From Amoebophrya sp. A120 (taxonomy: Eukaryota; Protista; Dinoflagellata): 64,000 nt of DNA. The position numbers and the translations under genes are program-made. The notes beneath the pieces are model-generated. The model had not been told where the DNA came from. It searched no databases and was given only the letters and a program-made list of their open reading frames with translations. The stretch is from assembly GCA_905178155.1 (NCBI GenBank), contig CAJINV010000001.1:4488233-4552232 (forward strand). The letters are read 5' to 3'. This document shows, in pieces, positions 12,001-24,642 of this stretch (position 1 is its first letter; each line of letters opens with the position of its first letter).

Positions 12001-14608
12001 ACTTCCTGTAGTCCTCAATGTGTGCAAGACATTGCTTCTATGATCAATGCTCTGATAGAATAGTCAACTTTAAAGTTTCCAAAATGACAATCCGAACCTC
12101 TTTGTTCTTCAAGTCTGCCGTGGTTTTCTGCACCCAATCAAAATCCGCATTGCGGACCGCCGGGTGCAACCTTTGCACGACCTCCGCACCCTTGTCGTTT
12201 GTACAAGTCGTCGTCAACAGGGTCGGCGGTGCTTTCTCCTGCGCATTGTCGACAACCGCGACGGCGGCCGGCTTTCCCCCCGAGTTCTTTCCCTTCTTTC
12301 CCCCTCCTGGTGGCACGACGGAAGTAGATGCGGTGTTCGCAGCCACTTCCGGCACAGCGCTCGCAACCGCGGCCGCAGCGACCACACTCGTCCCTTGCGA
12401 ACAATTGGCACTATCTCCTTCGGCCTTCATCCGGTTCCACTTACTCTGAAACTGGTCCACCAAGTGCACTGCGTCGCCCACGTCGTAGACCAAATCGCCC
12501 CCCAGCACCGCCATAAGGAACTCCGTCACAAACTGCGGTTTGTCCACGTCCGAGTCCATCTGCCCCGGGCCTTTTTCCGCCCGCTTGCAGGTCGCCAAGC
12601 GCTGCGGATTCCAATACAGGTCGGACAGAAGTAAGGCGAAGGACGGGGTCGTGATCCTCGCCCACGAAACGTAGCCGCCGAGCGACTGCGTGGCCTCGAA
12701 CTCCTCGACCACCTCGTCGTCCGGCTCCGGCGCGTATCCGATGCAAGAGCGTCTCCACCCCATAGCTGTCTTGCAAATCTGCATGGTAAAAATGTTTCTC
12801 ATGCGGAGCCCCATTAGAAGCATTTTCCAGTCGTGTTTTGTGATGCTTGAATCAGCATGACGTCCTAGATCTGTTATGCTACTGGAGCTAGCTGGACAGG
12901 ACTACACTACGAGGCCAAACCTGTCATGCGCAGCAATCAAAGCTGGTTGATTTGTCTAGCAGATTTGAGATTTCCCATCTTGAGTATGGGGTGGGGACGT
13001 TTTTAGATAGGATAGCGCGGTCAACTTCCGCTTGCGCTCCGCCTCGCTGTCGTCACTGGATTGTTGCAGATCGAAGTCGTCCATGAACCAGTCGTCGCTG
13101 AGATCGGAATTATTAGCCCGCGAAGACACGTCGGAGGAATCGCTGTCGTCGTCAGAAGCGCTCCCCGCCGAGTCGGAGTCGGACGACGCGCGTTTTGTTT
13201 TCCGCTTCATCTTTTTCTTCTCCTTTTTCAGCCGTTCCTTCATCTTTTTCCGCCGCAAATCGTCCATCTTCGCCGTTTTCTTCTTCGCATCCAGTGTCCG
13301 CTTCAGCATTCCGTCCACCCAGCCGAGCTTTTGCTCCCAGCCCGGGTCGAAGAGGTCGAAATTTTCCAGAAACGTTTCCTCCCGCTCCTTGTCGTCCTCC
13401 TGCGCCGGAAGGTCTTCCAGTCGCACGACTTCCTTCAGCTTCAATTTCAACGGGTGGTTGGCCAGGGCACGCGGAATCTGCTGCTTCAGATCGTTTGCGT
13501 CGCCGGAGGACGCGCCTTGGCCCAGGACGGCGGAGGCAGACGAGACGGCCACGTCCCAGGAACACACGTACACCTTGTCTTCGTCCTCTTGGTGCCGTTC
13601 CATAAACACCACGGCATTCTGCGCCCGGACGTAGAAGCACCACTGCTCCGCTTTGTCCAATTCCAGCAAGCTGTCGCGGATCTTGGCGGCCGTCATGGGG
13701 CGGAAAAACTGATCCTCGGGGGTCGTGACTCGGTTCGGATAATCCGCGGGCAAAATGTCGGCCAAGTCGTACGGGAGGGTGGGCGTGACCTTTGCCCCGA
13801 AGCCACCGAACATCCCAAACCCCACCGCTCTTTCCTCCTCCTCGTCGCGCGCCGCTAGGTTTGCGTGCATTTCGGGATCTAAGCCTATTCGGGGGTTCTG
13901 TTCCAGCGCACAGGGGATGCACATCGCATACTCGCATACGCTGCAGAAAAACATCTTTTCCTCCGTGATTTTTCGCATCTGGACCTCGTCGTCTTCATCC
14001 TGGTAGCAGCAACCCGGACCCCGACACTCCACCTGCGGATCGTGGCTGCGCAGCCGGAAGCAAGTGGGAACTCCCTCGATGTACGTCAAAGGATGGTCGT
14101 GCATACAAAAGACACGGAGGGATCGCTCCTCCTCATAGAACCCCTTTTTTCCGACTGATGCCTCACGACCTGCAGGAGCTCCAGGAGCGGTTTTTGGCAA
14201 GAAAGCACCACTGTCCTTGCTCACAGCAGCGGGCAAATTCTTTTCATCCACCGGCTGCGCATCAAGCCTCTTGGACGAGAACCAGAGCGGATCGAGGTCG
14301 CTGTGCAAGTCGCAAAAGCGCGCGAACAGCTTCCCCAGCTTTTCCAGGTGTGCATCTTCGATTCCAAAGAGCGGCGCGCAGGCGTTTCCGGTCTCCTTCA
14401 GTGCAGTCGAAAGTTTCTCTTGCTGGAAAGACTGCAAGAATTCCAGTACCGCCTGTTGCGTCTTCCGCGGATTCTCTTCCAGTTTGTTCGGCAGATCCTG
14501 TTGCAGAAAAATCGAGCTAAACACCCGATTCATCTTCAGCACGCTCGGCAGTGGCACAGACGAGGGAGAGGACTGGTCCTCCATTTTTTCGTAAACCGCT
14601 TGGACCAT
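1..14608 (-). CDS. Giant (>4000 aa, truncated at window edge) DUF6606/DUF3638-DUF3645-type protein (putative VTD-like deubiquitinase family); 7 introner introns + 1 canonical intron
   Basis: Approximate exons 14608-13015, 12729-12098, 11958-9931, 9672-8688, 8377-4931, 4719-4341, 4084-3973, 3711-2928, 2711-<1 join in frame. Family-like motifs: FYVRAQNAVV, PWRRAAVWIALKQVL, FGKMRAGVRLQ..WQAGP, VNILSGEFLVNGKPCQRLP..HPIYERLFG, LIDDYSHW, QNLGTL, TSGLYADPFLGRTGT. Canonical GT-AG intron at about 11959-12097. The catalytic region would lie beyond the window. Confidence 0.75.
2717..2927. mobile_element. Introner/MITE family B (211 bp), TSD CGGAG
   Basis: TIR tatcacaagaaaaaagtgttacagttacaca / tgtgtaactctaacacttttttctcgtgata. 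cggag at 2712-2716 and 2928-2932. Excision gives KLTS-AISVASV in frame. Confidence 0.93.
3717..3972. mobile_element. Introner/MITE family A (256 bp), TSD TCGAA
   Basis: TIR tatcaaatgcaaaaatgtctgggtctggaa / ttccagacccagacatatttgcaatgcata. tcgaa at 3712-3716 and 3973-3977. Join KSLIR-AKEAF. Confidence 0.93.
4086..4339. mobile_element. Introner/MITE family A (254 bp), TSD not recognisable; GT-AG-compatible intron 4340->4085
   Basis: Family A TIRs. On the minus strand GC|GTATCAAATG...TTGATAG|G joins DDGA-LDSRR in frame. Confidence 0.88.
4725..4930. mobile_element. Introner/MITE family B' (206 bp), TSD AGTCG
   Basis: TIR tatggagagaaaaaagtttgtcacagtcac / gtgatcgtgacgaactttttttctttgata. agtcg at 4720-4724 and 4931-4935. 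Join LIDD-YSHWCV. Confidence 0.92.
8383..8687. mobile_element. Introner/MITE family C (305 bp), TSD CGGTG
   Basis: TIR tatcacaatgaaaaacgcccccgccccc / gggggtgggggcatttttcacggtaata. cggtg at 8378-8382 and 8688-8692. Join NPNGT-ENDKLYQW. Confidence 0.93.
9678..9930. mobile_element. Introner/MITE family A (253 bp), TSD GTCGT
   Basis: Family A TIRs. gtcgt at 9673-9677 and 9931-9935. Join LKSND-LLTTNSS. Confidence 0.93.
12735..13014. mobile_element. Introner/MITE family D (280 bp), TSD GCGCG
   Basis: TIR tatccgatgcaagagcgtctccaccccata / tatggggtggggacgtttttagataggata. gcgcg at 12730-12734 and 13015-13019. Join RKLTA-PEPDDE. Confidence 0.92.
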
Positions 14609-15200
14609 GATTCTTTTATTTACCCAGTCGCCTTCGGGACGAGGACTTATTTGTGACGTACCATAGTCCCCTCACGTCACTCAACTCGCCCGTCACTCTA
14701 CCAGGGTGGGGGCTTGCGCACTCTCATCGGATCGCGTGAAAGAGCGGGGCCTCTCTTTTTTCTTACATCAAAAAAGCCCGAACGAAATCATATCTGGACA
14801 GCACGATTCTACTCTACATTAGAATTCACCTGGCTTGTTACTGTCTGTGCGCAAAATAGGAACGATTGCAAAAAAGAAGCCCGATTGTTCCATTTTGTAT
14901 TCACAGCCATCTATTTCCCCACCATGTAAAAATCCACTTTGAGTCCGATTCCATGTCCCCTTATTGTAACCGATCTGGTAAGTACCAGCCGAGACCTCAA
15001 CCTCAGCACACCGACCGCCCATGAACAAATTGACAATTATCGCTGTCTCACGCTACCACCTGTGCGCTTCTGCGACTTTTCGGATCCGGAAAGATCAATC
15101 AATGCGCTTCGTTGATGTATTTTGTCGCTGTCTGCGCACTTGCGCGATATCTTTCACCAAACTTGGTTTTCTCAATGTAGCTCACATGCTCTACTGTCCT

Positions 15201-16205
15201 TCATCTGATCCTGGATCCACTCAAATCGCCGTGTGCTTTCTTGTCAAACAAGTATACATACGTGTAAGCGTCCCAGTGCCGATCATTCAGGTAATAGAAA
15301 TCGCGCTGCGTGCGGTAAAACTGAAAGCCCATTTTTTCATACAGCCTCTGTGCCTGCGTGTTGAAACTGATGACATGCAGATATATTCCGACAAAGTCGC
15401 TCCTCTGCCCTGTATTTTCCAAAAACCTCTGCGCGTCTGTCTTCGCTGGCGCAAACTGAATGGTGGTCGCTTCGCAGCTCCCGTTGCCTTCGTCCGCTTT
15501 CACGAATGTTGCGGGGTGCACATCTTCAACTGCTCTTCCACTGGTGTCATCATGACTTGTTGTACCTCTCACGTGCGTTATTCTCCTCGCGCTACTATTA
15601 TCCCAGCACGACGAGGAAAGTCCGACTTCGACGGAGCTAGAGGCTGCTGTTGTACATCCCGAAGTAGATGCACTGCAGCTCCGCCCCGGTTCAAACATGT
15701 TTAAACCGTGCTGCACCAACGCTTTTGCCAATCCCAATCCCCGGGCCTGCTGCGCCACACCCAAGGTAGCGATGTACAGAAACCTCGGGCCGAGACCCAA
15801 GGCGAGCGGAACGTCGGCCCTGGCCGCCAAGTCGTACCGGAGGCACAGAAGGCCCACAATCTTCTTTGCGCTTTCACCTTCTGGCGTGCTGTTCGTATGC
15901 GCCGTGATGGACAGCACCTTCCCCCTTTGCACGTCCTCGTAGAAATTTTGATCGTACCGTACAGGGAACCAGTCTAGGTGCAGATTTTTTACCCGGAGCA
16001 TCTCTTCGTCGGAGAAAGAATCTCGACTGCCAACGCCGACCCGAAGCCGGCCCTCGCTATTTCGCACCAGCGGCTCTTTCAGGTTGGAGTACGCAAAGGG
16101 GGGCGGGGCGGGCCAGGACGGGTAGGCATTCGCGCGCTCCCGGCGCTGCCGCGGAGAACGGCGGAGCCGCGCAGTCGCATGGTCTGGATGCTCTCCGGCA
16201 GCCAT
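15201..16205 (-). CDS. GNAT N-acetyltransferase, NAA60/NAA50-like
   Basis: Motifs LHLDWFPVRYDQNFY, LYIATLGV..ARGLGLA (acetyl-CoA loop), IYLHVISFN.QA.RLYEKMGF, FYYLNDRHWDAY. Ser/Thr-rich insertion in the middle of the domain. Confidence 0.85.
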   Translation of the reverse strand: MAAGEHPDHATARLRRSPRQRRERANAYPSWPAPPPFAYSNLKEPLVRNSEGRLRVGVGSRDSFSDEEMLRVKNLHLDWFPVRYDQNFYEDVQRGKVLSITAHTNSTPEGESAKKIVGLLCLRYDLAARADVPLALGLGPRFLYIATLGVAQQARGLGLAKALVQHGLNMFEPGRSCSASTSGCTTAASSSVEVGLSSSCWDNSSARRITHVRGTTSHDDTSGRAVEDVHPATFVKADEGNGSCEATTIQFAPAKTDAQRFLENTGQRSDFVGIYLHVISFNTQAQRLYEKMGFQFYRTQRDFYYLNDRHWDAYTYVYLFDKKAHGDLSGSRIR

Positions 16206-16814
16206 TCTAATTCGACAATCGAAAGGAATCTAAGTAGGCTAATAAAATGGCAGGAACCGATGTTGAACGTAGCGTGGGTGTTGTTCCTTGTTTGACGACA
16301 ATAGCTGCTTGGAGTTGTGAAATCATTTGAGCATTGCGAATTGATGAAGAAAACGAAACGATAAGAGAGAAATAACATTTCAAGTTCATCCAAGCTGCAA
16401 GACCCAGATCGCTATCATATAACAACTGGCACGTGGAACAAATTCAGTGGAATCATCAGCAAAAACGGAGTTTCCGGCAAAGGAAATTCGATGGCGCGCC
16501 TTAATTGGGATCATCACGATCTGATTTTGAATCGGACCTGTGTCGTCCTACGCCGAATGATTTTATTTGGGTCTGCTGGATAGAAAGTACATTTGGGATA
16601 ATTTCACGTTACGAGGAAGATTTTTTGGATACAGAGAGAGGAGGTAATGAGCGATTTAAAGAAACCCGTTTTTTTGTACAGTAGATTTTCAACATACATT
16701 TTCTTTCGAAAGAATCACCGTCAAGAAATGAAAGAGCCAACGGCAAGATCCGGAACTACACTGTTTCACTCCGTAGATAATGAATCCGCTCCCCTTTTGT
16801 TGTCCACCCAACAC

Positions 16815-17511
16815 CTAGGAAACAAGGCGACTCGCAAGTTTTGCTCGGAGCGCCGAGAGCCACGCACCACTACCAAAAGAAATCGTGCCGAAGATGAGAA
16901 GAACCACACCCAACAAAATCATTACTGCAATGCGGCGGCCGCCGACTGTCGCGAGATTCGGCACGACGCTGTAGCCATTGCATCCGTATTGGGTACAGAC
17001 GCATATCTATCACACAGAAAAAAACGGGCAGGTCATATTTGTAATGCAAAAGTAAATACACAAAAAAAATTGTATTGCATATCGTAAATAGCATGCTACG
17101 AGGCCGCCCATGACAGATTTTTATTTTCTGTGTATTTATTTTTGCATTACAAATATGCCCTGCAAGCTTTTTTCTGTGGGATAATATCCTAGGGTCGCTT
17201 GCGTTGGCGTAGTAGCAACAGGCTGTGGGGCACGGTTCGTATTTCATCTCGTACATCGACACGTCCTTAATGTTCATCTGCTGTCCGTCGCTCCTCTCCG
17301 TTCCGCGGATCAAGCTTGTGCTTGCTGTGGCGTCCCTGCGCACGGTCGACATGAGCACCCTCGGCGACATCGAGCCGGACCGTGGCGACATAAACGGAGG
17401 CGCTCCTGCTCTCGGGGACGACACCATCGCTGCTCCTGGCGAAGACACTGTCGCTGCCACCGGCGCACCAACGAGTGCTGCGCCATACTGACTTTGTTCC
17501 GGCGAGGACAT
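16815..17511 (-). CDS. Small protein with SPR-rich N-terminus, Cys-rich segment and C-terminal transmembrane helix (one introner intron)
   Basis: After removing 17008-17183 plus one TSD: MSSPEQSQ...PCPTACCYYANASDPR-ICVCTQYGCNGY...IAVMILLGVVLLIFGTISFGSGAW...LVS*. Confidence 0.7.
17008..17183. mobile_element. Introner/MITE family E (176 bp, long foldback TIR), TSD ATATC
   Basis: ~55-bp TIR tatcacacagaaaaaaacgggcaggtcatatttgtaatgcaaaagtaaatacaca / tgtgtatttatttttgcattacaaatatgccctgcaagcttttttctgtgggata. atatc at 17003-17007 and 17184-17188. Confidence 0.92.
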
Positions 17512-20024
17512 CCTGCTGAGAGTGTTTAAGTAGCAGGGGTACACAACTGGGACTGGCGCTAGACAGAGTGAGAGCGAAACACACAAAAGAGAACGATGTA
17601 ACGATGTAGCAGTTTTGCAACTTCCGTCCTTCGATTGACACTCACACAGTGAACATGAACGACGTCGATGGGAGAAGAAATGCAACCCCAAATGGACATA
17701 CGACACCTTCTACGACTTCGCGACGAACTGTTCGAGAGCGTCTGAACACGACGACTTTCTCTTCTACAGCCCTCTCATCCATTCATGGAAAGCAGCCAAC
17801 GACAAAAACGGCACGGCCTATTCACAGTATATTTTGAGCACGAGCGACATTGAGAATGAGAGTTATACGATTACGCAGCGAGAGAGAGTTGGTCCTACGA
17901 ACAATAGGAGAGAGGCCACACACGACACTGTGTCAGCTCGGATGCGGTAGTCGTCGCTACTTGGACAACAAGCGGTGAGGCAGTGAGCAGTTGTTCCATC
18001 AATCTAAAGCAAGAGGGTGCGCGTTTTGCTCATGCTCTCGAGAGTTTTACATTTTTATCTTGGATACGTTTATCTAATTTTGTTTTCGCGGAATACTTGT
18101 ACATACATAGGAAAAGGAAAGTGCCGAAAACAATCAATTTTGCTAGGACCGGTATTCCTGACAAACCAATGCCCGTAGCCTGTCGGTAGTACCAGTCGCA
18201 TCACTAAATCAACTGCGAAGATGCGCTTGTCATTGCCAAGATGAAACTAGTTTTGTAGGATAGACTGCGAGTAGATAGCCAATTCAAGCACAGATTGGAA
18301 ATAAAGCGAAGGCGCCTTTAATTTGGCATTTTTGGTACAGTCGTAAGAGAAAAATATTTGTACAAAAGAACCGGTTTGATACAGAAAGTCTCAAGTCCAA
18401 TTTTTATACTCTTTTCGAGGGAATAAAGTAGCACATCCCACAACTACGGTGAAATGCGCGCAGTGTCACGCGTACGTCGCCCCGACTTGCCACACCGTCT
18501 CGGATTGCTGTTTTTGTTGATTTGTTTTATGCGATGTTGCATATTATCGAAGCTTGTTCCTTCGATATCGATGTCTCCTCCTACTGATCTCATGCACTAC
18601 AAGATAAAACTGAACAAATGCGTGATGATCGATTGTGGAAACGCAGTAAAGCGAATACCTCATCCAAGCCCATGTCGTACTCTTCCTTTGTGTAGCCCGT
18701 CTCCACGGTCTCATATTCTTCTTTCATCATTTTCCCAAATCCCGCACCTGTATTTTTGTTCGTGTGCAAACATCAGTACTACCTGGTCATGCACCATTCC
18801 AAACAAAAAGGGGACATCCACCTATCATGTCGATCACTTTGGTAAGTAGGCATCCGCGCACAAAACCTATCGCACTATGTGCCTAAATTACCTCTCTTGT
18901 CCGTGTACAGGTTTGTCATCTCGTCCGGAGCGTCATCCGGCACGAAACAGCAACAAACTCCGCCCATCCTGTGTTGGTAGAAAATCGAAAAGGCCGCGCA
19001 AAGGCTTTCCTCTCGATCGATCGATACCTACGAGTACAGACCTTTCTACGGCACTTTTGCCAACGCGCGCGCAAACGCTACAAGAACCCAGTCTGCTACT
19101 CGTATGGTAAGTATCATTGCATGAGGTTTACGGATTCATACACATACGACGAGTGTTCGTATACTTTCCTGCTTCTCCCTTACGCACTCTACGATAGCAG
19201 TAAAAGGCGACGAATGCGATAACTCAATTTATCGAGTGTGGTCCTGTTGGTAGGATTGTTTTGATGCGAAGCGACAGTATGTCTATTTCTCAAAGCACAA
19301 TGTATGTATCCCCCAGGTCGGGTGCTGTCCCCTTTACGAAGATCGAATCCTTCCCTGACTTATTTTTCTCTCGACGACACGACGAATATCGACCCAAATA
19401 CTTTCTACTCACGCTCTCTAAATTGCAGTCACGATCAAGTCGACCCCGACTCCGGTGCGGAAGTTTTCCATTCCCACAGACGTAGAACAGAATTTTGCAA
19501 AACGCGCAATGCTCGCTAGCGGAGTCTGCGGAGGATAAACTCACGCGCAGACCAATCAGCTGCCGAAAAATGTGTCCTAAACTACACTGCGCTTACTTCA
19601 GAGTCAGAAAATTCTCGGTCACAGCGCGTATCCACCGTCGAAAGTTTTCGCTTAATTGCGCGGCTTCCAGCAGCCATTCTTAAAAAACTACATCACGCAT
19701 TGGCAGGACTATCTTCAGGGCTCTTTTTTAGCGGCCGGCGCCAGTGCTACACGAGAGGCGTGGCATGACAAAAGAAAAACCCAGCTAGTCCGACTTCTCA
19801 TATCTTCAGGGCTCTGTTCTCTTTTCATCAGAGAAATTCAAAGCACTACATAGATACCACTGTCAACTACAGCTCAGATCGCCTGTATTCTAGAGAATTT
19901 TTCTTTACCTACATACCTATCTCAGCAGGTCCTCCATTTTTCGAAAGCCGTCGAGAAGATTTTCAGCAGACACTCACATAAGGAATCAGACGCGATGACA
20001 GCAGGAAAATTTACATTATGGCTC

Positions 20025-20098
20025 GCCGTTACTACATTAGTCACATTCATTGATTTTGATATTAAGGAGCCGTTACTACATTAGTCAAATTCATTGAT
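20025..20098. repeat. 30-bp direct repeat x2
   Basis: gccgttactacattagtca(c/a)attcattgat at 20025-20054 and 20069-20098. Confidence 0.8.
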
Positions 20099-20421
20099 AG
20101 TACTTCTTTATCTATTAATTTCTATCTGAAGCGTGCCTGTTATCGTTGCTCGCTTACTGTGTAAAAGATACTCAATGCAAATGCTGCATAGGAAAATTAT
20201 GGCACAAATAGAAAGTCGCGCAAAATTGACCTGCTCTACTGAACTGTGGGCGAACAGGACTGAACCAGTGGTCAGTTCCATGATTTCCCAAATGAGGAAG
20301 ATGTTCAGTGTGGTAGAGGCCTCCGCTTTATTCTTCCTCTTCGTACGACGAAAGCAAAACCTGCATGAAGAGCCCCAAAAACTTCTGTACCAGCCCCACC
20401 GCCAGCACGTGTTTCCGCATG

Positions 20422-21760
20422 CTACCTCCATCCATGAGTTGCCGACACGGCACGAGTAGAACCAACACGACGCCCGTCAAAGCGAGAAAAAAGCCGTACT
20501 TTTTCCGCAGGTAAAAGACAATGTCTGTCTGTTGTCGGCGGCCTTCCGGCTGCCAGAGCAGCTGTAGATTTCAATTTTTCTTTTTCCCCAGTGGCAGGAG
20601 TGAGTCTTACAAGTACAAACGATCTTTTCGAACCTAGCGCGCCACAAGCTTCATCCAGATCCAGTAGCCATCGAACTAGAACCACCCTACCAGAGCGTAC
20701 TACAACAACATCGCATCATGCCAACAACGAAACACGCGTACCAGTCCCACGTCAGTGCTTCGTTCCACAATGCCACATCCCGGGTGCCATAGCAGGGCTA
20801 AAAATACCAGTACGGGTGGGCCTATCCAAGCTTCCTTACTGTCCGTAACTGGCCACGATGGCACGAAGAATGCAAACACGTCGAACAAGCTGGCGATTTC
20901 CCCGACCACAACGAGCATCGTAAACAGCGCGCAAACGTGACTGCAACAGGAAGACCTGCGGACTTTCGGAACGGCAAGGTCGACGACGCTAACGCGCCTC
21001 CCAGTGTGCGGGATTGTGGGCGAGAAAAAATTGGTAAACGTGCTCTTCTTCCGCTCCAAATCAATCTCGCGGCCACAAGCCGAGAGACGGGCCGACCCGT
21101 AGTCGTGTTGCTCAGCACTTTGGGTCCACGAACCCAGTATAGTCTTTGTTGCCACTGTTTCACCTTTTGAATCGCCTCCATCGCTGCAATAGTCCACCTC
21201 CGAGTCGTCGTCGCTCGGATCACCTGTGAGGGGTAGATTGTTGAATAAGTAACGAAAAGGACTAGTGGGTGCAGATTCAAAAAGACGCACGTGAGCGTGA
21301 GCCTACAATTTCAAGGGGAAAAAAAACTGACTTACTTCCCGCCTCTCCCCTAAACACGGGTGGGTCCTCGTCGACGAACGCCTTGGGCACAATTTGCGAG
21401 AACATATTTAGGAGTAGCACGCTGTCAACTACTTAAACCGATTGCTTTGAAATCGGTGGCCCTCGTTAATAATCCCGAGAAATTGTTCAAAGACTCGGAG
21501 CTATACACGATCTATCAGGTGTAAACATGAAAGATTCCCACGTCGATCGATCAGTACATACTGTGCGACACCAAGATCATGTTTGCAAATGCGATCATTG
21601 AAGCACCAAAAAGAATCCGGAAATAAGGGAAACATAGGACAATCACCGAGCGATGAAAGAAAATAAGAAAGAAACAGAAGACGCGGCGGAAAGAAACCGT
21701 GAGAAAGTCAAAGTGCGGATCGTCCTGGGGCGCTTAATAAGTGAGAACCGAAATAAGAAG
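20422..21760 (-). CDS. Possible multi-exon hypothetical membrane protein (boundaries uncertain)
   Basis: ORF 20700-21290 has an acidic stretch followed by hydrophobic segments. Plausible GTAAGT...CAG intron at about 21335-21223. No recognisable family. Confidence 0.3.
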
Positions 21761-22908
21761 TACTTTTTCTTCGCCAAGTAGAACACAATCCCGAGATGAA
21801 TCACTTCCACCTGGCAAAACGCAGTTGCCGGACTGTTTGCGACTTTGTGTTTTTTTCTGTTTTTCTCCATTTCCCATAGGAACAGGGAGGTCTACGAAAA
21901 TCGTTCCTGCATCCTTCGTTCACGTTCGACTGGCTAACCAAGAGTCTGCACCACGATGTTCGTATCAGTGTCAGAGCGGCCAGGGACAGCCCCTCAGGTC
22001 TTCAGAGTGTAGAGCGTGCTTCTTCGTGGTGCAAGCTAGTAGTGTTCTGCTGAAACCAAAGATATGTTTTTTGTTCCCGCGATCCATATAACAAGTTACA
22101 GGCGTGCTGGGTAAGAAAATCTACCTTTCGATCTTTATTTACACTATCCATCAATCTTGTTTCGATTTTGACATCATTATACAAGAGTTTTGTACTCCAA
22201 TGCCAAAAGCCAGTCCCTTCGTAGATTTAGATTCCAGTGATTCTTTTTCGGAGTGCAGCGTAGCATGGAGTGCATGTGCTTGCAGGAGCTATTTTGACAA
22301 CTACATCCTTGGAAGAGTATTAAGAATCGCATATTACAGTCTGATGCAAAAGAAAACATCTTTCAACAAACGCTGTGTATACACAATCAAAAACATCTAT
22401 CCAATTAATGGGGAGTCTCACATCCCACTTCCGTGTTCGAGTGCTGTGAAAGCGCTATCATTGTGCCGTTTCTATCGGTTACTATCTGTCTGAGCGACGG
22501 TAGTGTCGATTCGTGCCATCATGTACCATTAGTGTTTAGTTGACCTCTCTATTGTTCCTATTTTCAATGCCATTTTGTTGAGTAGTAGTAAAGAAGTATT
22601 CATCAGAAAACAATGCATTCTAATTTTAAAAAACTCAGCAGCTTTTTTTTCGAGCACACAGAGCCCGAGACTACAAGCGCATCCTCGCAAGAGGTCGCTC
22701 GCACACAGTGTTCGCAACTCCTTGCAAAGGGTGAGACTGCAGCTCAGTAGCTGCTGTTTCTCCAAAATCTAGCCGGTTTCAACACAGATATAGAAGATCC
22801 AGTTCTCTTTTTACCTTTAGAGCCCATATCACATTCACATCAACGACGGGTGAAAATCTCCCGAAAAACCGTAAGATTCTTCCGCATTGTCGTGTAGGGT
22901 GAAGTGAT

Positions 22909-23488
22909 TTACCAGTAGCCACCGCCGTATCCCTGGTCCTTTCCGCCGAAGCCCTTGCCCTTTCCCTTTCCGCCCTTGGCGCGCGGGACACCATCTCCGT
23001 GCCCGGTCACGTTGGAGGCACAAGACTTCTGCTTGCGGTCGTCCCACATAGTGTCGAAGTTCACGGTTTCACCTGAGTTGGATATTTTCATCTACGTGTA
23101 GTACAAAAGTAATATCCAGAAAATCCCCTGAAAATGAAATCAATGGCAATTTGCATCTCAAACTGTCAACCAAGCATCAGGCCATCAAAGCACTTTATAC
23201 CATCGTTCAAGCTCTTGTATCCCTGCGACTCGATGGCGGAAAAGTGGACGAAGATGTCTTCGCCACCCTGGTCCGGCGTGATGAAGCCTGATTTGCAAAA
23301 AATTTTGTTCCTTTTTGAATACACATGATCTATCCGCGGGGCTGAACAGCACACATAAAGAAAAATCATCATATTCGATCGCTCGGCATAAGAGCGACAT
23401 GTTCAAAACTCCGTGGCATCACTGACAATCAAAGTATACCGAAGCCCTTCTCGGAGTTGAAGAATTTGACCGTTCCTTGCTGGGACAT
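22909..23488 (-). CDS. Cold-shock domain protein with Gly-rich tail
   Basis: Exons 23488-23440, 23287-23201, 23072-22909 with canonical GT-AG introns give [35 protein letters not shown]...GETVNF...[12 protein letters not shown] (RNP1/RNP2 motifs). Confidence 0.93.
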
Positions 23489-24642
23489 TTTGGCTGATTT
23501 TGTGTTAGCGCAAAGCTGGAGAAACAAGGGACAACTGAGAGAAAAGATACGATCTTTCGAGCAGTGGACTGAAGCGTTTTTTTTGATTATAGTTGGAATT
23601 GTCGCAGAATTGGAAAATAGGAAAACACGTAGCGCATCATCGACAGATCAAACCACGACACGGACTCAAAGGACACGGACGGGCAACCAACCAAGCCCTG
23701 TTACTGGCCGAGGCTGGGGGAGCTTCGTTAGGAATTTTTGTAATTTGAGGATCCGCTCCTTGCTTGAGCTTGCAGTACGTTCCGTCGCATCGAAGTGGTG
23801 CACGTGAGCGCAAAACACGCAACGCACATATCGCGCGAGATGACCACAAAAAAAAGTACACCATCTTCGAAATCTTTCTTATTCGCTTTCTTGGATGCAT
23901 TCAGTGAAAGTTCGGCTTGGCACTAACTCGAAGTCAATTCTGTGCACTTGCAACACAAACACAAAGTTCTCTGAGAGCAGCTCTTGAGGACACACGGACA
24001 ATGCACATTCTGCGAACTTCATGGCGCCGACTAAGAAATGTAATCTGCCAGACTCTGCGTGTAGCGTATCTGAATCTATCTATCCACTATCACAAAGCTG
24101 GTAAGAGTCAAGACAAAAAGTCCTGGTATACATGCTACCACTCGTGCTAGGAGTGGCGTTGTTTAGAGCAGATCTTACTTTTTGCATACGATGCATTCTG
24201 GTAGAAAAGAAACATTGTAGGACCGACATGAATCGAGCAACGATTCTAAAATTCTTGTATTGATCACGTTCTAAAATGCTGGTGATAAGCCGCCGCTGTT
24301 CATGAGCACGGCGGCATCTCTGGCGTATAATCAAAATTCAACTATTTCCGTGAAGAAACGAACGAATCGTAAGGGATTCTTTACCATTTTTCTTTGTAGA
24401 GTCTGCAACCCACAACTCTCTTCCTCTGCACGATGCTCACACATCCACAGCTACACCGATCTACTAAATCTGCGTAAGTACAACTTGACTGATCTTTGCG
24501 ACCTTGATGTTGATTTTGGAAACAGACATGACTTGATTTTGAAACAACAGGAGTATAATAGAAAGCAAACACCTTTCTTCTCGAATTCTTCTATTTTTGC
24601 GGTGGTCCCAGCATTCATTGTAGTTCCGCCCTCTCCCCGTCC

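Noticed and set aside
17700-20400. Short ORFs and the tatcttcagggctct repeat (about 19710 and 19801) in the AT-richer tract
   Set aside because: No coding signal I can support and no TIR/TSD structure. Treated as intergenic, although small exons may have been missed.
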